Virus record (IMG/VR): IMGVR_UViG_3300044729_001120
Coordinates: 1-55,421 of that record
Strand: one strand, 5' to 3'
Source of the DNA: a virus
Lineage: Duplodnaviria > Caudoviricetes
DNA length: 55,421 bases
The notes under the pieces were generated by a model. The model saw only the letters and a program-made list of their open reading frames with translations, did not search any database and was not told the origin of the DNA. Both the position numbers and the translations under genes were made by a program. This document shows, in pieces, positions 19,189 through 27,339 of this stretch (positions are counted from its first letter, which is position 1; each line of letters starts with the position of its first letter).

Positions 19189-20925
19189 ATGATGGCAAAA
19201 CAGAAAATGCAGATGGTCGATGACGACGAGATCGAAAACGTCGGCATCATGTCCGGATTTATGGATGACATCGAAGACCTGATGGAAGAGATCGAGAACG
19301 AGAGTCAAGTGGAGGAGGGTGATGATGCCGACATGGCGCGAATCCTTGACCGGCGCCCAAACTCACCCGAGATCCTGATGAACAACCTGCGAGGCGACTA
19401 CCGCTCCATCGATGCACGGCGAGAAGAGCTGGCGGACAGGGTTGGCTACAACGCCGCCCAGCAGACCCCGGACGAAGTGCTGGCGATGCTGCAGCCTGTT
19501 TTTGCACAGCAGGGCATTGCCGCGTTGCCAATGGGCAGCGCAGATGTGGGCGCTCTGCCGATGGACGCCATGACGGGTATGCCTCCACCGGGCGGTATGC
19601 CACCACCGGCTGGTATGCCAATGGATCCAGCAATGATGGGAATGCCACCAGAGATGATGGGCATGGCACCCGAGGGCATTGCTTCGTTGCCGATGGACCA
19701 AGGCGCAATGCCCCCGATGCAGATGGCGCGCGGTGGGATTGTGCAGTATTTCGCGGAAGGTAGCACTCCGGCGGGCGTTACCAAAGCAACTCCGTCGGCG
19801 ATAGACGACCTTTTGGCGGGCGAGCGACAGGAGGTTATTGATCCTATGGTTCGTACCAGAGAGCTAACGCCTGAGTATCAAGAACTTCTGGGCATATCAG
19901 ACAGGGGCGCTACTCAGGCTCAGATGCTGTTCGACATCGCACAAGCGGCGCTTGGCTACGCATCCAACGTAGGCCCTGATGGGCAGCCTTTGCGCGGTTC
20001 AGGCGCCGCTCGTCTTGCTGGCGCCACACGGGCATTACCCGGCCAGATCGGTGCCCGAGCTGCAACGATGCAGGATGACCAGACCCGAGCTCGTCTGGCA
20101 GCACTGCAGCAGGCGCAGGATGAGCAGGCTGCTGCACAGGCAGCTAACACGGCGCTGTCCTCCAATAAGCTGGCGGTGCTGCTGGCTAGAGAGGAGCAGG
20201 CAAATGAGCTTGCGAACCGGGCTCGTTACAGGATGGCTACGCCGGAGGAGCTGGCTAGACTTGGCAACCCTACCGGCCTTGTGCAATTTGATGAAACTGC
20301 TCAAAAGTTTGAGATTTCTCGCGATCCGGTGACAAATATCAATACGGGCGGCGGAAAGTTGAGCGACGTCTTGAGCACTAATGCGGCAAATCAGCTTAAT
20401 GAGTCATACACGCAGGCCAATGCCGCTCTGGGTACGCTGAACACGGTGAATAGCGTCCGTCCTCTGCTGGAGCAAGAGTTGTTTAATGGTCCGCTGAGCG
20501 GGTCGGCGATGTTCGTATCCAGACTCGGTCAGTCCCTCGGTGTTGGTGGGGAAAGCAGTCAGGAGATGTTGCAAAACACGGTTTTGGCTATGCAAGGTCT
20601 TGCAGAATTTGAGCTTCTTGCTGCACAAGCGATGAAAGGGCAGGGCACCATTACTGAAAATGAGCGTGCGTTGATACGCAGAGCTTCAGCTGGCGATCTT
20701 GCCACGATGACACAGGGAGAAGTTACAGAGCTGATGGGCGCGCTAGAGAAGACGGCAAATTACCGCATCAATTCTCATGAGAATCGATTGGCTCAATATG
20801 CTAATGTGCTGAAGGATGACCCTGCCTCTACGCAGCTGCTAGGGCTGTATCAGCTTGGCAATGCGCCAACCATGCCAGCGCCGACCGTATTGCGCTTTGA
20901 CGAGCAAGGGAACCGAATCCAATGA
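19189..20925 (+). CDS. Internal virion protein
   Basis: ATG at 19189 behind AAGGTG; acidic N-terminus, Met/Pro-rich linker, MARGGIV motif, helical C-terminus. Confidence 0.55.
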   Translation: MMAKQKMQMVDDDEIENVGIMSGFMDDIEDLMEEIENESQVEEGDDADMARILDRRPNSPEILMNNLRGDYRSIDARREELADRVGYNAAQQTPDEVLAMLQPVFAQQGIAALPMGSADVGALPMDAMTGMPPPGGMPPPAGMPMDPAMMGMPPEMMGMAPEGIASLPMDQGAMPPMQMARGGIVQYFAEGSTPAGVTKATPSAIDDLLAGERQEVIDPMVRTRELTPEYQELLGISDRGATQAQMLFDIAQAALGYASNVGPDGQPLRGSGAARLAGATRALPGQIGARAATMQDDQTRARLAALQQAQDEQAAAQAANTALSSNKLAVLLAREEQANELANRARYRMATPEELARLGNPTGLVQFDETAQKFEISRDPVTNINTGGGKLSDVLSTNAANQLNESYTQANAALGTLNTVNSVRPLLEQELFNGPLSGSAMFVSRLGQSLGVGGESSQEMLQNTVLAMQGLAEFELLAAQAMKGQGTITENERALIRRASAGDLATMTQGEVTELMGALEKTANYRINSHENRLAQYANVLKDDPASTQLLGLYQLGNAPTMPAPTVLRFDEQGNRIQ

Positions 20926-23417
20926 TAGAAATTCAATTGCCTGATGGAACAGTTCTCCAATTTCCTACCGGGACATCTCAAAGTGTCATTGACGGCGTGG
21001 TTAGCAGTATAACAACTTCGCGTCAGCAGCCTTCTGAGCAACAGGCGGCCCAGCCCGCAGCAACGGGGCTGCAGGTCATTTCCACCACGCCGGATGGCGG
21101 GCGTATTTATCAAATGCCAGATGGCTCGCGCGCCTTTGCGTCTGCCGGCTACTCCACAACAGATCCTGCTGAAATAGATAGGCTCATGGAAGGCGCTACG
21201 CCTGAACAGCTGGTTAGAAGCAGCATCAGCGAGCAAATAATCAGGGAGCGCCCTATCGCCTCGCGTGTAGCTACAGCAGCGCAGGGAATCCCGTTTGTTG
21301 GGTCATATACTGATGAGCTGGCTGCTGCAATAAGTCCAGAAGCTGTAGATCGTACTCGTAGGGCTGTTGAGGCCGTGCGCGAAGAAAGACCGGGGCAGGC
21401 GCTTGGGCTTGAGGTCGCAGGCGCAGTAGCTTCTATACCCGCGATCCTCGCTGCCACCCCTGCATCGGTGCCGACCTTTGTTGCCGCCGCGCCTGCGCTT
21501 GGCGGACAGACCTTGCGCGCCGGATTGGTTGGAGGTTTGGCGGGCGTCACTGAGGGGCTTATTGGCGGGTTTGGTAGAGGCGAAGAGGGCAGTCGAACAG
21601 AATCGGCTATTGAGGGTGGCACATATGGGCTGCTAGGTGCTCCAATCAGCATGGCGATTCCACTTGCTGGGGCTGGTATTAAATACGCATGGCAAAACTT
21701 TAAAGGTCGGGCAGTGCCAGAAATAGCCCGCATGTTGGGTATCTCAAATGACGCCGCAAAAGTTGTGCGCACGGCTCTGAAGAACGATGATCTTGAAGCA
21801 GCTTCGCGGGCTTTAGAGCGCGCCGGGTCCACATCCATGCTGGCGGATGCTGGACCAGCCACACAACAACTTTTGGATGTGAGCATAACAGCTGGGGGCA
21901 CTGCGCCTAGAATCGCTAGAGAAGCAGTAGATGCTCGCGCAGTAGAGTCTGGGACTCGCATGAATCAAGTGCTTGACGATACGCTGGGATCGCCAGAGGG
22001 CACTGATGCGCTGCGCAGGAACATCCGTGAAGAAACTTCTTTGTCGCGAGATCTTACCTATAAGGATGCCTATAGTCAGCCTATTAACTACGCTGGTCGC
22101 AGAGGTAGACACCTTGAAAACCTTATGAGGCGTGTACCTAAGTCTGCTATAGATCAAGCGAATAATTTGATGCGCATCGAGGGTGTTCAAAGCCAACAGA
22201 TTCTTGCAGACATAGCTGCTGATGGGTCAATTACATTTAGTCGCCTGCCAGACGTTCGTCAACTTGATTACATTACCCGAGGATTGAAGGATGTTGCCGA
22301 CGCACAAAATGCCGCTGGAGAACTCGGTGGCACAACGCAGCTTGGTCGCGCAACTCAAAACCTAACTCGCGATATCAGACAGACGTTGCGCAATGAAGTT
22401 CCAGCATATGGCGTTGCATTAGACACTGCTGCTGATGCCATTAGCCGCTCAAACGCTGTTGTCCTTGGTGCATCTATATTTAACCCGTCAACCACTCGGG
22501 AAATGGTCAGAGATGGACTTAAGGGTGCAAGCAAAGCCGAGAGGGACGCGGCAAAAGCTGGTTTACGCTCAGCCATTGATGAAAGGTTGGCAAATGTTAA
22601 CGCTGTGGCGTCAGACTCAAACATTGAAATTAGAGAATTTCAAAAAATGGCAAACGAGCTTCGCAGTCGTGCGATGCGCGAAAACATGGAGGTTTTGCTT
22701 GGAAAATCCGCTGCCGACAATCTTTACAAGCAGCTTGATGAGCAGGTTGTTGCGTTAGAGCTACGAGCTGCTGTTGCCAGAAACTCCGCTACTGCGCGCA
22801 GGCAGGCTATTGAGGGGCAAGTTGACGATATACTTGCACCGGGTATTCTAGAAACATTTGTTACTCAGGGGACTGAAGCTGGGCCAATCAACGCCATTAA
22901 ACGGCTTACCGCTGTCATGACCGGAACTACTGCAGAGGCTAGGGCCCTTCGCCGAATGGGAATCTACGATGAGATTGCTAGGGTGCTGGTGACAACTCGC
23001 GGACCGCAGGCTGGCTTGGCGATAAAACTTGTTGAAAGGGCGATGGCTGGTGAAGCTCTTAATGATGCACAAGCAAAAATAATCGCTCGCGCAATAACCA
23101 CCCCCGCTGCAATGGCGACATACGCCGCTACTGCGCGACCAGAACCCGAAGCAGGGGAGCCGAGAACTTATTCCACACCAACTCCCACACCAGCTCCTGT
23201 TTTAAATAGGGTTGATTCGCCAAGTGTGCCAGCTCCCACACCAGCCCCCACGCCAGCTCCCGTGCCACCACCACAGGCTCGGGTACCCCCCACAACTTCG
23301 CCCACCAGAGGCGTACCGGCGCTGGACATGCCGGCTGCTCCGGCTGGCGGACAGGCACCACCACCTCCCCAGCTTGCTGCAGCTGAGATGTATCGGCAGC
23401 TGTTTCCGTTCGGTTGA
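20922..23417 (+). CDS. Large internal virion / ejection-type protein
   Basis: 831 aa, ATGA overlap; N-terminal LPDG...FP.GT motif, Ala/Gly hydrophobic stretch, Pro-rich tail. Confidence 0.55.
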   Translation: MIEIQLPDGTVLQFPTGTSQSVIDGVVSSITTSRQQPSEQQAAQPAATGLQVISTTPDGGRIYQMPDGSRAFASAGYSTTDPAEIDRLMEGATPEQLVRSSISEQIIRERPIASRVATAAQGIPFVGSYTDELAAAISPEAVDRTRRAVEAVREERPGQALGLEVAGAVASIPAILAATPASVPTFVAAAPALGGQTLRAGLVGGLAGVTEGLIGGFGRGEEGSRTESAIEGGTYGLLGAPISMAIPLAGAGIKYAWQNFKGRAVPEIARMLGISNDAAKVVRTALKNDDLEAASRALERAGSTSMLADAGPATQQLLDVSITAGGTAPRIAREAVDARAVESGTRMNQVLDDTLGSPEGTDALRRNIREETSLSRDLTYKDAYSQPINYAGRRGRHLENLMRRVPKSAIDQANNLMRIEGVQSQQILADIAADGSITFSRLPDVRQLDYITRGLKDVADAQNAAGELGGTTQLGRATQNLTRDIRQTLRNEVPAYGVALDTAADAISRSNAVVLGASIFNPSTTREMVRDGLKGASKAERDAAKAGLRSAIDERLANVNAVASDSNIEIREFQKMANELRSRAMRENMEVLLGKSAADNLYKQLDEQVVALELRAAVARNSATARRQAIEGQVDDILAPGILETFVTQGTEAGPINAIKRLTAVMTGTTAEARALRRMGIYDEIARVLVTTRGPQAGLAIKLVERAMAGEALNDAQAKIIARAITTPAAMATYAATARPEPEAGEPRTYSTPTPTPAPVLNRVDSPSVPAPTPAPTPAPVPPPQARVPPTTSPTRGVPALDMPAAPAGGQAPPPPQLAAAEMYRQLFPFG

Positions 23418-23597
23418 TCAAACCGTCTCAAGCAGCTTGAGTTCATCACTCAGTTTCTTGACGACGGCGTAGGACACGCTTTTATCATCGCCAGCCGCCA
23501 ACTTGCGCACCGTGCCATAACTGAGCCCGGTGGCCTTGGCTATTTCCGGCAGCCGCCTGTGCTGCAACTTCTCGCGAACCTCTTCCAGTGTGTACAT
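23418..23597 (-). CDS. Cro/XRE-like HTH regulator (59 aa, absent from the ORF track)
   Basis: Translated by hand: MYTLEEVREKLQHRRLPEIAKATGLSYGTVRKLAAGDDKSVSYAVVKKLSDELKLLETV*; CAGGAG RBS; upstream promoter. Confidence 0.8.
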   Translation of the reverse strand: MYTLEEVREKLQHRRLPEIAKATGLSYGTVRKLAAGDDKSVSYAVVKKLSDELKLLETV

Positions 23598-23630
23598 CGC
23601 ATATCTCCTGTGTGTGTTTGACCGTGTGCA

Positions 23631-23659
23631 ATCTTATACACGACAGCAACACCTGTCAA
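23631..23659 (-). promoter_or_regulatory. Leftward sigma70 promoter for the HTH gene
   Basis: Minus strand TTGACA-17 nt-TAAGAT. Confidence 0.65.
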
Positions 23660-23702
23660 ACTGACTGTTGTTAAATATATTTACGATTGCGTATAAATAT
23701 TG

Positions 23703-23731
23703 TTGTGTTCGTGTATATGATCGATTATATT
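23703..23731 (+). promoter_or_regulatory. Early promoter repeat P1
   Basis: TTGTGT-17-TATATT, followed by the conserved leader ACTCACATCGGC. Confidence 0.6.
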
Positions 23732-23771
23732 ACTCACATCGGCGGCATGGTGCGGCCAAGTGGAGAAGAAG

Positions 23772-24413
23772 ATGAACAAAGCTAACATTCAGATTCGCGG
23801 TAACTGTCAGTGCTGCGGTAACGACCAAGCTGTTGTGCGCGGTTATGCAAGTAAGCACGGCTACACCGTGAACAACGGCTGGTTCAATGGCGTCTGCTCT
23901 GGTCAACACTACGAGCCAGTCCAAGTAAGCCGAGTGCAGGCTGACCGGATTGTCGAGTCGGTTCGTGAATCGGTTGCAGCATTGAGGGTTGAACTCGAGG
24001 CTGTAGCGTCTGGCAAGGTAACGCCAAAGACAATCGTCAAGGGATACGGCAAAAATCGCACTGAGATTAAGTTTGCCGATGCAGCCTTGTACGAGCAAGA
24101 AGGTGCGGTAGAAGATCTAAAGCGTGCCATTGCCCACCGCATCAATGCTGGTGAGGACTTTGCCAAGCACTTGGAAGCGGTAGCTAACAAGTACCACGGC
24201 AAGCCCCTGACTGAAATCAAGCTGGACGAGGTGGGCATAGTTGTTGGCTCAAGCGTCAAAGTTCAAGGCTCTGTAGTAACAGTAACTAAAATTGAATATC
24301 GGGTGGCGCGAGGCGTTGGCCCAAGCATCAACGGACAGCACATCTTGCATGTGTGCTTTGAGCGCAACGGAAAAGAATTTGCATACCCAAAGCGTTTTGC
24401 GAAATTAGTCTAA
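23772..24413 (+). CDS. Early hypothetical protein with Cys/His motif (CQCCG...KHGY...CSG)
   Basis: ATG 23772 behind GGAG; possible Zn-binding. Confidence 0.7.
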   Translation: MNKANIQIRGNCQCCGNDQAVVRGYASKHGYTVNNGWFNGVCSGQHYEPVQVSRVQADRIVESVRESVAALRVELEAVASGKVTPKTIVKGYGKNRTEIKFADAALYEQEGAVEDLKRAIAHRINAGEDFAKHLEAVANKYHGKPLTEIKLDEVGIVVGSSVKVQGSVVTVTKIEYRVARGVGPSINGQHILHVCFERNGKEFAYPKRFAKLV

Positions 24414-24456
24414 CCAACCATCAGCAGCCCCCTACGGGGGGCAGAGGAGCAGCACC

Positions 24457-24687
24457 ATGATCAAGACATCAAAGAAGGCAGCACAGAAGCTTGGCGCGGA
24501 TCTGGCGACAGAGCTGCACGCTCAGACCACCATAGCAGCGCGTGGCGGCGTGCTGGCAGCGCGGTTCGTAATACTGTCCCAGCTAGACTACGAGGCCCAG
24601 ACGGAGTTCTACGCTGGGTTCGACGCACAGCTGGATCTGCTGGAGCCGCTGGCGGCACCGCGTGTAAGCTACGGGTTCAGGATATAA
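24457..24687 (+). CDS. Early hypothetical protein
   Basis: 76 aa, GAGGAG RBS, preceded by the GCCCCC-TACG-GGGGGC hairpin. Confidence 0.65.
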   Translation: MIKTSKKAAQKLGADLATELHAQTTIAARGGVLAARFVILSQLDYEAQTEFYAGFDAQLDLLEPLAAPRVSYGFRI

Positions 24688-24693
24688 TATATT

Positions 24694-24743
24694 CTCGATT
24701 GCATACAAAAAGTGTTGCAATCGAGTATGTACTGAACTATTCT
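24694..24743 (+). promoter_or_regulatory. Early promoter repeat P2 with 10-bp inverted-repeat operator
   Basis: TTGCAA(24715)-17-TATTCT(24738); CTCGATTGCA-12 nt-TGCAATCGAG overlaps the -35. Confidence 0.7.
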
Positions 24744-24784
24744 ACTCATATCGGCAGCGATTGGCGCAGCTAGAGGAGATAAAA

Positions 24785-25159
24785 ATGGCAAAGTTTCAAG
24801 TAGGAGCAGTGAGCGATTTGTTTGATGCCGGTCGTACCAACGATGGTGAGGTTTTTGCGGCAGAAGTTTATTACGTAGTAGTCGAAAATGGTGCAGGTCG
24901 TCGTTGGGCCTCTTATGATCGTTTTTACGGCGCTCGTCGTGTGGTTGATGATGAGGGTTGGGTTGGGTTCGACGATCTTCGTGAAGAGGCATCAGCTGCT
25001 GCCGAAGCACTGGCAGCCGCTACAAATCAGGTTCTGGTGTCAGGCGGCAAATTGTCTCTTGAAGATTGGTATCAGATTGATCCTGCTTACGGCTCTCGCG
25101 CTTATCAAGCAGATGGGATCGAAGAGATCCGCGCTTACGAAGATCGTCAGGCAGCTTAA
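24785..25159 (+). CDS. Early hypothetical acidic protein
   Basis: ATG 24785 behind GAGGAG. Confidence 0.7.
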   Translation: MAKFQVGAVSDLFDAGRTNDGEVFAAEVYYVVVENGAGRRWASYDRFYGARRVVDDEGWVGFDDLREEASAAAEALAAATNQVLVSGGKLSLEDWYQIDPAYGSRAYQADGIEEIRAYEDRQAA

Positions 25160-25170
25160 TAACCAACCTC

Positions 25171-25184
25171 GGCCAAGGACGGCC
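25171..25184 (+). repeat. GGCC-AAGGAC-GGCC hairpin repeat, copy 1
   Basis: Other copies at 25417-25430, 25711-25724 and 27307-27322. Confidence 0.8.
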
Positions 25185-25206
25185 ACCGCTCAAAGGAGCA
25201 CTGATC

Positions 25207-25410
25207 ATGGCAAATTTCGCAGCAGTCAACAAAGCACTCAAGGCCGCCTACCCAGCACTTGATGTAGAAGCAGTTCGCGGCGCAGGGTACGTCTACTTCG
25301 GCGGCGATGACGGGTTCGACAAGATCGACTCGATCTTCGTCCACCCAACCAGCACCAGCACGGCAGACCTGACGCGCATCGTGATCGAAGCGGTCTCAGA
25401 CCTAATCTAA
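25207..25410 (+). CDS. Early hypothetical protein
   Basis: 67 aa, AAGGAG RBS. Confidence 0.7.
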   Translation: MANFAAVNKALKAAYPALDVEAVRGAGYVYFGGDDGFDKIDSIFVHPTSTSTADLTRIVIEAVSDLI

Positions 25411-25416
25411 CCAACC

Positions 25417-25430
25417 GGCCAAGGACGGCT
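25417..25430 (+). repeat. GGCC-AAGGAC-GGCT hairpin repeat, copy 2
   Basis: Follows TAACCAACC, as copy 1 does. Confidence 0.8.
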
Positions 25431-25448
25431 ATAACTAAGGAAATCAAA

Positions 25449-25700
25449 ATGCAAATCAAATACAACACCGCTGTTTTTACTCCTGCTGGCTGGCGCTCCG
25501 AAGTGGTCACAGCGCAAGCCGAAGCGATCAGCCCCAAACGACTGCGGGTTGTTGAAGTCATAGACATTGGCGGCAACGGATCAACTGGGTACGCATCCCG
25601 TACCGGCGCAAAGCGTCAGGCGTACAGCGTAGTGGGTGTGGCAAAGCGCGAGATAGGTGCGATAAAGCTGCTCGGCAAAGTGGAAGTGTTAGCGGTTTAA
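25449..25700 (+). CDS. Early hypothetical protein
   Basis: 83 aa, TAAGGA RBS. Confidence 0.7.
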   Translation: MQIKYNTAVFTPAGWRSEVVTAQAEAISPKRLRVVEVIDIGGNGSTGYASRTGAKRQAYSVVGVAKREIGAIKLLGKVEVLAV

Positions 25701-25710
25701 TAAATCACCC

Positions 25711-25724
25711 GGCCAAGGAAGGCT
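25711..25724 (+). repeat. GGCC-AAGGAA-GGCT hairpin repeat, copy 3
   Basis: Followed by ACCGCTCAAAGGAGCAC, identical to the copy 1 downstream sequence. Confidence 0.8.
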
Positions 25725-25745
25725 ACCGCTCAAAGGAGCACGAAC

Positions 25746-25955
25746 ATGATCAAGCGCATCAACCAAGCCATCGCCAAGATTGACCCGCACTGTGAGCTGG
25801 TCAAGGGTGATGGCTACCACTACTTCTAGTACGACGATCAGGATGCTGGGATCTACGAGACTGAGTCAGTCATGGTGATGTACACCAGCCACCATTCCAA
25901 GGATCGGTGGCTAAGTGAGGCGGCTGACTTCATTAATATATGCATACGCAAATAA
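25746..25955 (+). pseudogene. Paralog of 25207..25410 interrupted by an in-frame TAG at 25827-25829
   Basis: MIKRINQAIAKIDPHCELVKGDGYHYF*YDDQDAGIYETESVMVMYTSHHSKDRWLSEAADFINICIRK*; AAGGAG RBS; similarity to the paralog continues past the stop. Confidence 0.65.
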
Positions 25956-25961
25956 AAAGTA

Positions 25962-25990
25962 TTGCAATCGTATACATAGTGCCTTATTAT
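25962..25990 (+). promoter_or_regulatory. Early promoter repeat P3
   Basis: TTGCAA-17-TATTAT then TCTTACATCGGCAGC. Confidence 0.75.
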
Positions 25991-26034
25991 TCTTACATCG
26001 GCAGCACAAAGCGGCCATCAACTGAGGACAAAAC

Positions 26035-26286
26035 ATGCCTTATACTACCAAGACTTCCAGATCATCGCCGGTGACAAGCCCAAAGGCTTTGAGTCGCATT
26101 GAGTCTGCCGATGGCTCGCGCTGGGCATACAGCCGCGCACGGAAGGTCTGCTCGGCTAACGGCACTTATGTGATCGTTCAATCGTGGGTCTGCAAAGCTC
26201 GCGTTAATGGCAAGGCGGTCACAGTTAACGCTGACGCATATGAGTCAGCAGCCATCGAATTTGTCAACCAAGGAGCAACATCATGA
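26035..26286 (+). CDS. Early hypothetical protein
   Basis: 83 aa, GAGG RBS behind P3. Confidence 0.6.
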   Translation: MPYTTKTSRSSPVTSPKALSRIESADGSRWAYSRARKVCSANGTYVIVQSWVCKARVNGKAVTVNADAYESAAIEFVNQGATS

Positions 26287-26495
26287 ACGCGATTGACCAG
26301 TGGGAAGCCGAAGAAGCCGCAGCGCAGCTGGCGGCTTTAAAAAAGGAGGACGCAGCGTTTGCCGCGCTGCCCGCTGAAGAGCGAACACGAATCAGCCAAG
26401 CGAAGTTCGACCGCTTGGAAGCGGTTGCGGTTGCGGCAGAAGCGACCGATGAGGATGAGGATGAGGATGAGGATGAGGACGAGGACGAGGAATGA
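26283..26495 (+). CDS. Small protein with a poly-Asp/Glu tail
   Basis: 70 aa, AAGGAG RBS; C-terminus (DE)7E. Confidence 0.65.
   Translation: MNAIDQWEAEEAAAQLAALKKEDAAFAALPAEERTRISQAKFDRLEAVAVAAEATDEDEDEDEDEDEDEE
26448..26489 (+). repeat. Hexanucleotide tandem repeat (GATGAG)5(GACGAG)2
   Basis: Read directly from the sequence. Confidence 0.9.
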
Positions 26496-26532
26496 CCAAG
26501 GCCATAATATTCGCGATTGAGTGCTAAAGTAG

Positions 26533-26561
26533 TTGCAATCGTATACATAATGCCTCATTAT
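26533..26561 (+). promoter_or_regulatory. Early promoter repeat P4
   Basis: TTGCAA-17-CATTAT; spacer nearly identical to P3; leader TCTCACATCGGC. Confidence 0.7.
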
Positions 26562-26601
26562 TCTCACATCGGCTGCGGTTGTCGCGGCCTTCGGGGGTAA
26601 C

Positions 26602-27300
26602 ATGAACACAGTCATCCACAAGAGCTTCCAGTTTGGCACAGCTCCTTTTCGTTTTGTTGCTATCTGGTCAGCGCCATCTAAGGCTCTGGCTGAAGCCAAC
26701 CCAGAGGCGTACAACGCGCAGCTGCGCAACAAGCCAGAGTGCTGCCACTTCAGCTGCGACCATTGCGGCACCAGCATCAACAACCACTGCATCATCGTTG
26801 ATGCAACCGGCAAGCGTTTCACTGTCGGCACTGACTGCGTTGAGAAGACCAACCACACTGAAGTGGTCAGCAAAGTAAAGCTGGCGCTCAAGCAGAAAGC
26901 CAAAGCAGTACGTGAAGCCAAGCGTCAGGCAGAACAGCAGGCTCGTCTGGCTGCATACGATGCAGAGCTGCAAGCGCAGCGTGATGCCAACGGTGGCTTG
27001 ACTGACTCTGAGGTCGCCCACAAGAAGGCATACGCAGCACGTAAGGAGCAGTTGGCGCGTACCAATGCCATCGTTGCCCCGGTAGTCAGTGTTCTGGATG
27101 CCGCTGGTGGCGACTTCTGCTTCAGTATCGCGCAGAACTACCGCAACGGCTTGTTACCACAAGGCCGCGCCAAGGACATCGTGATTGAGATCGTTGCCAA
27201 GCAATCTGGTCGCAAGGGTTCAGCAGCTTATGACGCTGCTCTGGCTGGCGCTCAAGAGCTGGTGGAATCAATCGAGACGGCAATTAAACAGAACTATTAA
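26602..27300 (+). CDS. Early protein with Zn-finger-like motif (CDHCG...H...VGTDC) and coiled coil
   Basis: 232 aa behind P4. Confidence 0.7.
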   Translation: MNTVIHKSFQFGTAPFRFVAIWSAPSKALAEANPEAYNAQLRNKPECCHFSCDHCGTSINNHCIIVDATGKRFTVGTDCVEKTNHTEVVSKVKLALKQKAKAVREAKRQAEQQARLAAYDAELQAQRDANGGLTDSEVAHKKAYAARKEQLARTNAIVAPVVSVLDAAGGDFCFSIAQNYRNGLLPQGRAKDIVIEIVAKQSGRKGSAAYDAALAGAQELVESIETAIKQNY

Positions 27301-27306
27301 AAATCA

Positions 27307-27322
27307 CGGCTAAGGATGGCCG
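27307..27322 (+). repeat. CGGCT-AAGGAT-GGCCG hairpin repeat, copy 4
   Basis: Variant that keeps pairing through a U-G wobble. Confidence 0.7.
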
Positions 27323-27339
27323 CATGGCTGCGTCACTGA

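Noticed and set aside
16642-21961. Long antisense ORFs (e.g. 16642..17331, 21149..21961; also 40110..40775, 47935..48600, 49474..50160)
   Set aside because: They shadow well-supported + strand genes and are explained by codon bias in GC-rich frames.
25827-25829. Genome-wide TAG reassignment
   Set aside because: Standard-code ORFs tile the genome, several conserved genes end properly at TAG, and no suppressor tRNA was seen.
23675-27322. CRISPR-like or integron attC array from the recurring intergenic repeats
   Set aside because: Units are separated by whole genes, fit promoter/leader hairpins, lack attC RYYYAAC/GTTRRRY ends, and there is no integrase.
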